A program made the position numbers and the translations under genes. From Candidatus Kaiserbacteria bacterium (GTDB lineage Bacteria; Patescibacteriota; Minisyncoccia; Phycocordibacterales; Phycocordibacteraceae): DNA of 64,000 bases. The stretch covers positions 8,063 through 72,062 of the forward strand of contig JAPLWH010000014.1 in NCBI GenBank assembly GCA_026396715.1, in the 5' to 3' direction. The notes below the pieces were generated by a model. That model was given only the letters and a program-made list of their open reading frames with translations, had not been told where the DNA came from and searched no databases. Shown here one piece after another: positions 55,634 through 64,000 of the stretch (positions are counted from its first letter, which is position 1; the number at the start of each line of letters is the position of its first letter).

Positions 55634-56326
55634 TTTCTCAATTTCCGATAAAATCGCCTCATTCCAGAGCTGGATTTTCCGGAAAAAGACTACTCCATAT
55701 TCTTTTCTCCCTCCACTCTGAACAGTCATTTGTACGGTACCGTAAGGAAGTTTGCGTCGTTTCTTAGCTTTCTTATCAGTGCGACTGTCAATTTGGTGTT
55801 TCTGGAATTGGGATACTGGAATGCTAGTGGTACGGGACCAAAATTGCAAACTTTGCTTCACGTCGCTGTCTGGATAGAGATGTAGGCGAAGTCGTAACTG
55901 TCTCTTCTCCACACCAAGCATTCTAAACCATGCAATGGTGGCTTGGATGATGCGTGGATCTGAATTTATCATACGAACCTGACTATTCGTTTTGCTTCCC
56001 TCCCCAAGATAGAGGCCCAGACCAAACACAAAAAGGTCTCTCCGGCTCATTTTTCCAATGTCTTTGGCGGCTGTTTTTCTGATTTCCTGAATTGATTTTT
56101 GTCGCAGCTCAGCCCGGCGCGCACCGGCTGCGGCCCGTGCTTTCCCAAAGGAATCTATCGTTTCTTTGTTTGGAGCGTACGGTGTTTCCGTGAGCCATCC
56201 GCTCAATGTGCTTTTAGAAAGTCCGGTCTTAGCCGAAATGTACGTATAAGAAAAGCCACTTTTTCGTAATGCCAAAGCTTTTTCTCGAATAGACAGGTTG
56301 TGCATGTGTAGATTATATATCTGCAC
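55619..56326 (-). CDS. HTH + LAGLIDADG-like protein (paralog 2)
   Basis: HTH (YTYISAKTGLSKSTLSGW) and LGLYLGEGSK motif. The 3' end overlaps the tRNA-Gly(UCC) 5' end by about 15 nt. Confidence 0.55.
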   Translation of the reverse strand: MQIYNLHMHNLSIREKALALRKSGFSYTYISAKTGLSKSTLSGWLTETPYAPNKETIDSFGKARAAAGARRAELRQKSIQEIRKTAAKDIGKMSRRDLFVFGLGLYLGEGSKTNSQVRMINSDPRIIQATIAWFRMLGVEKRQLRLRLHLYPDSDVKQSLQFWSRTTSIPVSQFQKHQIDSRTDKKAKKRRKLPYGTVQMTVQSGGRKEYGVVFFRKIQLWNEAILSEIEKAGVV

Positions 56327-56412
56327 AGTATATACAAGCTAGTTCGATATCAACACCTATCGAAACTGACTACAGAGGTGTGCTGTCTTTCAAAACGAAA
56401 GTGCGTTAGCGT

Positions 56413-57546
56413 ATGCGTATGAACCGCTCGACGCCCTATCTCGGCATCATCGCTATGCTCGCGGCTGTCTTTTTTATTGCAATGCTTTCTGATGCGCCGC
56501 CAACCCCGCAGAAGTCGTCTGTCGGGACGACGACACCCATCGTCGTCGTGAGTGAACCAGAGGTCGTTTCTCCATCAAAACCTGAAGCAACAACAACCTC
56601 CCCCGTCGCGAAACCGCCTGCCGTTTCGCATATTGAGAAAACAGTCGCACCAAAGGTTCCCGAGGTAGTGCCAGCGCATCCCGTTACTGCGCCGGTAACG
56701 CCGCCTGCGCCGACCGAGGAGATGTTTGATGCATCCGCGCTCGCTTTGCGCGACGCGCTCGTAAATATCATCTGCTACGCCCCACAAGGCAGCGGCCTAC
56801 ACTCGATAAGTGGCAGCGGTGTCTTCATTGATTCGAAAGGCATCATTTTAACGAATGCGCACATCGCACAGTCTTTCCTTCTCTCTGATCACGGCGTTTT
56901 TTGCGTCGTTCGTTCCGGTAGTCCCGCGAGAGATAAGTACGAGGCGGCGCTTATCCATATCTCGTCGCCCTGGATCAGAGCAAATGCCGCGACACTCACA
57001 CAGGATGCACCGACGGGGAACGGAGAGTATGATTTTGCGCTTTTGGCCGTTACTAAGAGTGTAACGAGCGCACCGCTTCCTTCGCAATTTCCTTTCGTTC
57101 CGCTTGCGCAGACGCCTCCCCTTTCGGGTGCTCCGGTTACAATTGCCTCGTATGGTGCGCAATTCCTTGAGGCAAGCCAGGTTCGTTCGGCACTCTTCCC
57201 CACGATTGTCTTTGGTTCGATAAAGAAGGTGTTCACCTTTGCGACAAACACTGTGGATGTCTTCTCTCTTGGTGGGTCTGCTGCCGCGCAGGAAGGCTCT
57301 TCGGGTGGTGGTATTTCCGACACGACGGGCACACTCATCGGCACCATCACGACGAGCACGGTGACCGGTCCGACCGATACGCGCACGTTGTCCGCTATTA
57401 CCGCATCGTATATCCGCGCTGAGTATGCGAATGAAACTGGGAAAGCTCTCGACCTCCTCCTTGCTGCACCGACCGTTACCTCCATTTCCGGTTTTGTGCC
57501 TCAGATAGCCACGCTCGAAGCGCTTCTCGTGGCTCATCTTCCATAG
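56413..57546 (+). CDS. secreted trypsin-like (S1) serine protease
   Basis: Signal/TM segment, Pro-rich linker, motifs GSGVFIDSKGIILTNAHI and EGSSGGG (GDSGG-like). Confidence 0.65.
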   Translation: MRMNRSTPYLGIIAMLAAVFFIAMLSDAPPTPQKSSVGTTTPIVVVSEPEVVSPSKPEATTTSPVAKPPAVSHIEKTVAPKVPEVVPAHPVTAPVTPPAPTEEMFDASALALRDALVNIICYAPQGSGLHSISGSGVFIDSKGIILTNAHIAQSFLLSDHGVFCVVRSGSPARDKYEAALIHISSPWIRANAATLTQDAPTGNGEYDFALLAVTKSVTSAPLPSQFPFVPLAQTPPLSGAPVTIASYGAQFLEASQVRSALFPTIVFGSIKKVFTFATNTVDVFSLGGSAAAQEGSSGGGISDTTGTLIGTITTSTVTGPTDTRTLSAITASYIRAEYANETGKALDLLLAAPTVTSISGFVPQIATLEALLVAHLP

Positions 57547-57549
57547 TCA

Positions 57550-57620
57550 TCGGGCCGCCGAGAATTGAACTCGGTCTGTCTGCTCCCAAAGCAGATGTAC
57601 TACCGGCATACTCCGGCCCG
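57550..57620 (-). tRNA. tRNA-Pro (anticodon UGG)
   Basis: CGGGCCG/CGGCCCG acceptor, anticodon loop UUUGGGA, T-loop TTCAATT. Position 8 is G, which is atypical. Confidence 0.7.
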
Positions 57621-57640
57621 TTGTTTGCATCGTAACAGAT

Positions 57641-58036
57641 TCAGACGATTTGTGGCAGGTAGCGGACTAATGCCTGCCCGTCCCTGCGCCGTAGCCATAC
57701 GAGACAGCCGTCTACCTGCCAATCCCCCTCCCACTCTTTCTCAAGGACATACCACTCCCCCGTCCGCGCAACCTTCCGTATCTTTGCCTCATGGAGATTT
57801 AGCGATGGGTCATAGTCGTCCCCGGTGTCATCATCGCGCGGGAATTCATCTGCGAGAATCGTCTTCACTTCAATGAAATGCAGAGTGTCCTCTTTCTCCG
57901 CGATGAGGTCGAGCTCACCGGTTTTCCGCGTAATATTGCGGTCACGAATGGAAAATCCATGTCGCTTGAGATACTCGGCTGCAATACTTTCTCCGAGCAT
58001 ACCCACTTCTTTTCTAGTCTTAGAAGAAATGTCCAC
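57641..58036 (-). CDS. yraN: YraN/UPF0102 family endonuclease
   Basis: GESIAAEYLKRHGFSIRDRN...GELDLIAEKEDTLHFIEVKT. Confidence 0.8.
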   Translation of the reverse strand: MDISSKTRKEVGMLGESIAAEYLKRHGFSIRDRNITRKTGELDLIAEKEDTLHFIEVKTILADEFPRDDDTGDDYDPSLNLHEAKIRKVARTGEWYVLEKEWEGDWQVDGCLVWLRRRDGQALVRYLPQIV

Positions 58037-58231
58037 GGCTTTTTAAAATATGGCTTATTCTATCAGTATACTTTAGGACCAGATAAGAATTCACTTAATG
58101 AACAGGTGTCCTTTATCCCCAGTATGAACAGGTTTATCCCCTTATCATACAGAACGAAAAGACATGCAAAAACGGCTCAATCGAGCCGTTTTTGCATGTA
58201 GGAACCATCTTGAAGTCAAATACTGATTTTG

Positions 58232-58302
58232 TGCGGGCAGGGAGAATCGGACTCCCGTCTCGTCCTTGGCAAGGACGCGTTCTACCACTGAACCATGCCC
58301 GC
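58232..58302 (-). tRNA. tRNA-Gly (anticodon GCC)
   Basis: GCGGGCA acceptor, anticodon loop UUGCCAA, T-loop TCCGATT. Confidence 0.85.
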
Positions 58303-58308
58303 AGACCG

Positions 58309-58989
58309 CTACATCTTCGCATAATAAGCTTCATTCATCAATTCCTTGGGTAACAGTTTCAACCATTCGAGCATCTTTACTTTCAAATAAGTGCTTGAAA
58401 TACCAATCATGCACACCCCGTATTTAATTCGGCGTGTTTTATGGCGCCCCACTATGATAGTACTCTTGGTAAATTGCGACAGATTGACGCTTGATTCATG
58501 GGACCAGTATTTCCGGCAGTCTTCATCGCTAAGATCTGGATATATGAGCACGTGCGCCCGTATCTTTTCTTCAGGGATTCTGCAAGCGTTTTTGAGGAAA
58601 AACACGTATAAACGAATTAAGTCAGGGTCGGTATTGGTAATTGCGGTTGAATATTTAGTTAATTTGTCTCCCTCTCCCCAGTAAAGCATCAGGCCAGCGA
58701 TGAAAAGAGGATTGTATTTCATTTCATTAAATTCAACCCTTGCCTCTTCGCGTGCCTCCTCATACACTTTCTTCAAGTGCTGACCTCGTACTCTATTGAG
58801 ATCAATGAGTCTAGTTGTATGCTGGTCTTGAGCTTGAGATGCGAGTCTTTCCTTAATCTGTTTCGACCAATCAACTGTGCTGAACCATCCTGAAAGAGTT
58901 CCTTTGGGTATTTTAAGAGCTTTACGGATCTCCAGATAACTCTTTCCTCTTCGGCGAAGAACGAAAGCTTCTTGCTTATCTTTCCGCAT
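58309..58989 (-). CDS. HTH + LAGLIDADG-like protein (paralog 3)
   Basis: HTH (YLEIRKALKIPKGTLSGW) and AGLMLYWGEGDK motif. Its stop lies 6 nt before the tRNA-Gly(GCC) 5' end. Confidence 0.55.
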   Translation of the reverse strand: MRKDKQEAFVLRRRGKSYLEIRKALKIPKGTLSGWFSTVDWSKQIKERLASQAQDQHTTRLIDLNRVRGQHLKKVYEEAREEARVEFNEMKYNPLFIAGLMLYWGEGDKLTKYSTAITNTDPDLIRLYVFFLKNACRIPEEKIRAHVLIYPDLSDEDCRKYWSHESSVNLSQFTKSTIIVGRHKTRRIKYGVCMIGISSTYLKVKMLEWLKLLPKELMNEAYYAKM

Positions 58990-59050
58990 ACTGAAATTAT
59001 ATACGACGTGAGTTCACTTTTTGGCAGAAACATCTAAAATAGTGGATATC

Positions 59051-59851
59051 TTATTCCCGACGCTTGAAATAGAAGTTCCTTGCAAGCACTTTCTTCAACC
59101 TCTCCGCTTTTTTCGGATTGTTTTCGAGCATGAATCGAATCTTACCGGGCTTCTGACAGATACGTATGATCTCCGGGAGAATGCTCTCTAGACTCTCTTC
59201 TGAAGCGTAAAGCTTATCAATACGTTCAGATATCCCCTTGGCCAGCCGTACTGTGATAATCATGGGACCGAGTATCGTCACATGGTCGGTCCTTCGGAAA
59301 AGCGTTATATCTCTTAGGTCTATTTGCAAATACTCATTCTGGTACGCTTTCTTAAACTCAGTGTCCGCCCGGGAATCCCCTCCTATTGTAAAGAATCCGT
59401 ACCGTTTATCCGAAAAGTGCCGATAATACGCGTCCTCGCTCTGTTTACGAGCCGGTAAATAGGCCCAGAAATTGTGTGGATTGTAGAAAAAGATTTCGCG
59501 AGCTGAAATTGAGTTTTCTAAAGGAAGAGTGACAGTCTTCCAGAACGCGTCCAAGTGCTCTACTGACACAAATGTGTACACGGCCCGCTCATTACTTGAA
59601 AGAAGTGGCGCTGGCGTGGTGCTAAGTATCTCAGAAACACTTTTTGCCCATTCATGATCAATCATAATCTGCTTCCCTACTTTCAGAAGCACTCCTGCGT
59701 CGATGAGTTTATGAACTGTCTTATACACCGCCCTCAATGACAAATGCTCATCTTTGACGAGCTCCGTATGGAGAGACTTAATGGTCATCCGAGTGCCGGC
59801 GGCTAATTCGACAGTTCGATCCTCGACGCTCTTTAAGGCGCTGAATAGCAT
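59051..59851 (-). CDS. hypothetical HTH-containing protein
   Basis: N-terminal wHTH-like segment (MTIKSLHTELVKDEHLSLRAVYKTVHKLIDAG). AT-rich divergent promoter region upstream. Confidence 0.4.
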   Translation of the reverse strand: MLFSALKSVEDRTVELAAGTRMTIKSLHTELVKDEHLSLRAVYKTVHKLIDAGVLLKVGKQIMIDHEWAKSVSEILSTTPAPLLSSNERAVYTFVSVEHLDAFWKTVTLPLENSISAREIFFYNPHNFWAYLPARKQSEDAYYRHFSDKRYGFFTIGGDSRADTEFKKAYQNEYLQIDLRDITLFRRTDHVTILGPMIITVRLAKGISERIDKLYASEESLESILPEIIRICQKPGKIRFMLENNPKKAERLKKVLARNFYFKRRE

Positions 59852-59978
59852 TGGTATAAATTAGCATTTTTGAATAAAAAGTTCAAATAAATATAAAAAT
59901 AACTATGTTTTATTTACTACAAAATATATTTTTAATATATTGCCACTGGAGCAAACAATTAACAAAGGAGGCTGTATT

Positions 59979-60185
59979 ATGCCGCCAAGCGGATTCAGTA
60001 AGAAGACAGTGGAAGGACTTCTCACATTCGTGAAAGGCAATTACGAGGATTTACAGGAGGAAGTTCGGTCTGGAAAGCATTTGAGTGTTGAAGCCGCGAT
60101 TGATTATGAGATCGCGCAGCTTGGGAAAGCTCTCGAAAAGTTGCATATCAACAAAGAAGGCGGCATTGTCGAGAAGACTGCGTAA
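59979..60185 (+). CDS. small hypothetical protein (68 aa)
   Basis: SD AAAGGAGG 8 nt upstream. Followed by a terminator. Confidence 0.45.
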   Translation: MPPSGFSKKTVEGLLTFVKGNYEDLQEEVRSGKHLSVEAAIDYEIAQLGKALEKLHINKEGGIVEKTA

Positions 60186-60203
60186 CGTGCGCTAAAGGGC
60201 GGC

Positions 60204-60232
60204 CACCGGCCGCCCTTTCATTAACTCGATTG
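60204..60232 (+). terminator. Rho-independent terminator
   Basis: aaagggcggcc-accg-gccgcccttt followed by catt. Confidence 0.65.
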
Positions 60233-60245
60233 TGCCCCGACCAGG
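60225..60245. repeat. 21-nt duplicate of the tRNA-Arg 3' end plus flank (ctcgattgtgccccgaccagg)
   Basis: Second copy at 60393-60413 is the genuine tRNA 3' end. Spacing is about 146 nt. Confidence 0.7.
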
Positions 60246-60399
60246 TCCGCGATTACGCTTCTCGATCCTTACAGGATCAGTACACCTTGCGGATTTTCTG
60301 TTCGCATAAGAATGCTCCATAAAATGCTCGCAAGGTCTTCGAATCCCGTCCGCACGTCTCCCAGACGTGCTTCGGGACACGTCCTCGCTGACTCGATTG

Positions 60400-60471
60400 T
60401 GCCCCGACCAGGATTCGAACCTGGAACGACTGCTTCGAAGGCAGTAATGATATCCATTTCACCATCGGGGC
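60400..60471 (-). tRNA. tRNA-Arg (anticodon UCG)
   Basis: GCCCCGA/TCGGGGC acceptor, anticodon loop CUUCGAA, T-loop TTCGAAT. Confidence 0.8.
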
Positions 60472-60642
60472 GAAGAGAGGAAACAAGAGCCCGTCCTCGG
60501 GTTCTTGCTCTCCGAACGAACCCTGATATCGAGTCTGTGAAGATATCGGGGCGTATTTGCATAGTACTACCAAGCGAGCTGGGACACGAGTAGTTGTGCT
60601 ACGACTAAGCAAATAAGGAGCGCAGCGACTATATTTGCTGAA

Positions 60643-62130
60643 GTGCCCGTGTGGTACGATTTGGAAATGGTCTATCGTATCCCCAGTGAAGTATCGGTAG
60701 TCTCAAATAGCCTGCGAAAAGCAGGATTTGAAGCGTATCTTGTCGGGGGCTGCGTGCGCGATCTCATTATTGGGCGCGAGCCAAAGGATTGGGATATAAC
60801 GACGAACGCGACACCGACGCAGATCCAGGCTATATTTCCTGACTCTTTCTATGAAAATGACTACGGAACCGTCGGCGTGAAGACGGGTTCTGAGGATGCT
60901 CGGCTCGCTATCGTTGAGATAACCCCCTACCGCACCGAATCTGCGTATTCCGACAAGCGTCGGCCAGACAAAGTGGAGTTCGGTACTTCCCTGCTCGAAG
61001 ATCTCGCACGCCGCGACTTTACGATCAACGCTATTGCCCTCGACGACGCTCAAGGACATCTGGTTGACCCGTATGACGGTCAAAAGGACATAAAGGACAA
61101 AGTGGTGCGGGCGGTTGGTAACGCCTCTGAGCGCTTCAATGAGGACGCTCTGCGCATGCTTCGTGCCGTTCGCTTAATCGCCGAGCTCGGTTTCGGCATA
61201 GATAGCAATACAGCATCGGCGATAAGCGAAAATAGCAAGCATTTAAGCCATGTTTCACGTGAAAGGGTGCGAGATGAGCTCATAAGAATACTGAATTCAA
61301 AACAGCCGATGAGTGCCCTGGTTCTCTCTCAACAGCTCGGTATTCTTGAGTTTATCGTTCCAGACCTCATTCGTGGCATCGGTGTCGAACAGAATCAAGC
61401 GCATTCATACGACGTTTTCGGACACAATCTCCGCACGATGCAGCATGCGGCTGATAAGGACTGGGGTTTTGATATCCGTCTCGCTGGCCTCTATCACGAC
61501 ATAGCCAAGCCGGAGACTCGTCGCTGGGTCGAAGAAAAGAAAGACTGGAGCTTCCATGGGCATGAGGTTGTTGGTTCACGTGTAACAAAAAAGGCGCTTG
61601 AAGACCTCCATTTCCCACGCGAAACGATAGATAAAGTCGTTAAGCTGGTGCGTTGGCACATGTTCTTCTCTGATCCTGAGCAAATTACCCTCTCTGCAGT
61701 GCGCAGGATGATCAAGAACGTCGGCGAGGAGAATATAGTGGACTTACTCAATCTTCGCATCTGCGACCGCATAGGGACCGGCAGGCCGAAGGAGCAGCCT
61801 TTTCGTTTTCGCAAATACAAAGCCATGGTTGATCAGGCGCTTCGTGACCCAATTTCAGTAGGAATGCTCAAAACAGACGGAAAACACATCATGGAAATGT
61901 TCCACGTGAACCCAGGACCGAAGCTCGGATGGGCACTGAATGCACTTTTGGAGGAGATTCTTGATGATTCCGCTAAGAATACGGAAGAATATCTCGACAA
62001 ACGCACCGAAGAACTTCTCAAAATGCCTGAAGATGAGCTACGAAAGCTGGGAGAATCCGGGAAAAAGAAGAGGGAAGCGGCAGAAGATGAGGAAATAAAG
62101 CATATAATGGAGAAACACCACGTCTGTTAA
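60643..62130 (+). CDS. cca: CCA-adding tRNA nucleotidyltransferase / poly(A) polymerase family with HD domain
   Basis: PolA head domain (GGCVRDLIIGREPKDWDITT). HD domain (LYHDIAK...HGHE). Confidence 0.85.
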   Translation: MPVWYDLEMVYRIPSEVSVVSNSLRKAGFEAYLVGGCVRDLIIGREPKDWDITTNATPTQIQAIFPDSFYENDYGTVGVKTGSEDARLAIVEITPYRTESAYSDKRRPDKVEFGTSLLEDLARRDFTINAIALDDAQGHLVDPYDGQKDIKDKVVRAVGNASERFNEDALRMLRAVRLIAELGFGIDSNTASAISENSKHLSHVSRERVRDELIRILNSKQPMSALVLSQQLGILEFIVPDLIRGIGVEQNQAHSYDVFGHNLRTMQHAADKDWGFDIRLAGLYHDIAKPETRRWVEEKKDWSFHGHEVVGSRVTKKALEDLHFPRETIDKVVKLVRWHMFFSDPEQITLSAVRRMIKNVGEENIVDLLNLRICDRIGTGRPKEQPFRFRKYKAMVDQALRDPISVGMLKTDGKHIMEMFHVNPGPKLGWALNALLEEILDDSAKNTEEYLDKRTEELLKMPEDELRKLGESGKKKREAAEDEEIKHIMEKHHVC

Positions 62131-62202
62131 AGCGTCTCACTTCGTCGAGGCAGTGTTCCACGTGAACCATAAATGAGCTTTGGGTAAGTATAGAAACAAG
62201 AA

Positions 62203-62283
62203 AACCGCCCTGGGCGGTTGGAGGCAAAAAGGAGCTGGGGCGTTGATGGGGCTTCCAACCAGAGAATATGAGGGCGGTTTTGT
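62203..62283. terminator. nested hairpins forming convergent terminators for cca (+) and xth (-)
   Basis: aaccgccc-tg-ggcggtt followed by a T-run on the minus strand. aaaaccgccct...agggcggttttgtttt on the plus strand. Confidence 0.55.
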
Positions 62284-62482
62284 TTTGCATACTGACGCTT
62301 TCACGTGGAACACCTTACCGAATGGCTTGTGTTGCGGATCGCCGCAGCGTGGGCAGGGTACCTGTTAGGCGCATTGATGCCGATAACTGATATTGGACAG
62401 AGCTGGAAAGAACTTCTCGTCTTTTGCTATCCTATTCTAGTAAAGGACAATGTAAAGGACATGCCTGTGGACAACGTGTCCT

Positions 62483-63250
62483 TTAAGAAATAGTTATGGA
62501 AAGAGGGCAGTGGTCGGAACCGTAGATCTCAGGGTGTATCTCTGCTTTCTTGAGGTTCTTTGCGAGTTCACTTGCGACGAAGAAATAGTCGAGACGCCAG
62601 CCGACGTTTCGGTCGCGAGAACGGGTCTTCATATCCCAGTACGTATACGCTTCTTTCGTGTTTGGATGGAGCTGACGGAATGAGTCTAGGTATCCGGCAC
62701 TTATGACTTCATCGATCCAGGCGCGTTCTTCAGGTAAAAAGCCTGTATTTCCCTCGTTTTCTTTCGGTCGGGCGAGGTCTATCGCTTCGTGGGCAGTGTT
62801 CACGTCCCCACAGAATATGACGGGTTTTTGCTTACGAAGTTTTTCGACAAATGAAAGAAAAGCATCGTAAAAACGTAGTTTGTAATCGAGCCGTTCGGGA
62901 CCCTGCCCACCATTGGGGAAGTACGCATTGATGAGCCAGAAGTCATCATATTCTGCGCCGATGAGCCGTCCTTCCTGGTCGAATTCCGGTATGCCCATGC
63001 CATAGATGACTTTCAATGGCTCGATTTTTGAATAGATCGCGACACCGCTGTAGCCTTTGCGCACTTGGCAGGAGGAGAAAAATGATGAAAAGCCAGCAGG
63101 GGAGAGCATCGCCTCCGATACCTGTTCGGGATTCGCTTTTGTCTCCTGGAGGCAGAAAATATCGGGCTTCGTGCCTTTCAAAAAAGATTCCCAATAACCA
63201 TCCTTGGCGAGCGAGCGCAGCCCATTCACATTCCAAGAGACTATCTTCAT
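62483..63250 (-). CDS. xth: exodeoxyribonuclease III
   Basis: MKIVSWNVNGLR, CLQETK, and the EEP catalytic motifs (GDFN, SDHCP). Confidence 0.9.
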   Translation of the reverse strand: MKIVSWNVNGLRSLAKDGYWESFLKGTKPDIFCLQETKANPEQVSEAMLSPAGFSSFFSSCQVRKGYSGVAIYSKIEPLKVIYGMGIPEFDQEGRLIGAEYDDFWLINAYFPNGGQGPERLDYKLRFYDAFLSFVEKLRKQKPVIFCGDVNTAHEAIDLARPKENEGNTGFLPEERAWIDEVISAGYLDSFRQLHPNTKEAYTYWDMKTRSRDRNVGWRLDYFFVASELAKNLKKAEIHPEIYGSDHCPLSITIS

Positions 63251-63368
63251 GGGGAAACTATAACAGACGCTTGACAGTGCGCTCGGGGCTATTGACTTTA
63301 CATCAAGTTGCTGTAGTATTAGCTATAGATTGCCCATTTTCATTCAATCTTAGGAAAGGAGAATAATC

Positions 63369-63584
63369 GTGCCAGAAATAATTCTGACGCCTGTAAAACT
63401 CATTGGGATTGTGAAAGATGTATACGAAGAAATAAACAGTTACCGAAGCAAAGGAGAAGAGTTTGTTTTGAGAATGATTCAGAGCCGGTTTACTGAGGTA
63501 TTAGGAAAGTTTACTCAAGATCAGATAGACAAAACTCTGTCTGAAATGGATACTTCGCAGTTGTATATATCAAAACAGTTGTAA
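63369..63584 (+). CDS. small hypothetical protein (71 aa, GTG start)
   Basis: SD AGGAAAGGAGAA upstream. Terminator ggtccggcaaa-cttt-gccggacc + T6 downstream (63630-63657). Confidence 0.4.
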   Translation: MPEIILTPVKLIGIVKDVYEEINSYRSKGEEFVLRMIQSRFTEVLGKFTQDQIDKTLSEMDTSQLYISKQL

Positions 63585-63684
63585 TCGTTTAGACCAAGGG
63601 TATAAACGAGACGTAAGTGGGGCTTGGGTCCGGCAAACTTTGCCGGACCTGTTTTTTATGCAAAATTCATATCGAATGACTCAG

Positions 63685-64000
63685 CTATTCTCGGCCTTTT
63701 CCGTGGAATTTCTTATGAATCTCGCGGAGGTGCGAGTCGGTAATATGCGTATAAATCTGGGTAGTATTGATGGAAGCGTGACCGAGGAGCTGCTGGACGG
63801 AACGGATGTCAGCGCCATTGTTGAGAAGGTCTGTAGCGAAGACGTGGCGAAGGATGTGCGGCGTGACTTTTTTCGTGATGCCGGCTTTTTTTGCACAGGT
63901 CTCGATGAGTCGTTCGACGGAGCGAGGCGTGAGGCGCGCGGGAATCGCTTTACTGCGCGGAACATTTACGAAAAGTGCTTCCGCCATGTCCTTGCGGGCC
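63685..64000 (-). CDS. tyrosine recombinase (XerC/XerD-type), C-terminal catalytic part; N-terminus beyond window end
   Basis: HILRHVFATDLL...LLGHASINTTQIYTH contains the R..HxxR..Y catalytic signature. Confidence 0.75.
   Translation of the reverse strand, partial: ARKDMAEALFVNVPRSKAIPARLTPRSVERLIETCAKKAGITKKVTPHILRHVFATDLLNNGADIRSVQQLLGHASINTTQIYTHITDSHLREIHKKFHGKGRE

Noticed and set aside
56848-57537. 229-aa Arg-rich minus-strand ORF antisense to the serine protease gene
   Set aside because: Low-complexity composition, no start context, and the opposite strand carries a conserved S1 protease.
60246-60391. Possible additional tRNA between the tRNA-Arg 3'-end duplicate and tRNA-Arg
   Set aside because: Contains a TTCGAATCC-like T-loop fragment but no foldable cloverleaf or acceptor stem. 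Treated as a spacer or remnant.

Overview
High-GC (about 55-60%) chromosomal segment of a small-genome bacterium that spans the replication origin neighbourhood (dnaN<-dnaA | rpmH-rnpA-yidC->). Gene content points to a CPR/Patescibacteria-like organism, but that is inference. The organism itself supplies murE (5'-partial), polA, holA-like, tsaE, ruvB-yebC-ruvC, PBP1A, pgk/tpiA, ppa, clpP, rny, recJ, rnhA, nusA, hupA, cca, xth, sod, rpmB and rpmH. Surface and DNA-uptake machinery is dense. It includes two PilB/GspE ATPases, a compact type IV pilus operon (pilB-pilC-two prepilins-large pilus protein), a competence ComEC split into two genes, and a Gram-positive-style T4SS-like cluster (PrgI/VirB3-like, VirB4 in two ORFs, VirB2-like pilin candidate with Cys-rich tail, membrane and secreted proteins). 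Five tRNAs were found by hand: Lys-UUU, Gly-UCC, Pro-UGG, Gly-GCC and Arg-UCG, all on the minus strand. Three of them abut paralogous HTH+LAGLIDADG-like genes. Accessory features include a low-GC restriction-modification cassette (HNH nuclease + Dam-like + Dcm-like methyltransferases) and a GHKL-ATPase/STAS gene bracketed by identical palindromic hairpins. The most unusual region is a ~5.3 kb island (49.0-54.3 kb) of eleven short minus-strand genes, each behind a strong Shine-Dalgarno sequence that is absent from the housekeeping gene starts I checked. Its genes include sigma-70 region-4-like, Zn-ribbon and stand-alone receiver-domain proteins. They are separated by repeated structured leader/terminator modules (families 1A, 1B) that share a TGTTCTTTCAAT tail. 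A separate palindromic element (CCCGTTAGAAAT...ATTTCTAACGGG) sits exactly against the start codons of three unrelated genes. No rRNA and no CRISPR array were seen. Coordinates I derived by hand for RNAs, repeats and hairpins may be off by 1-2 nt.
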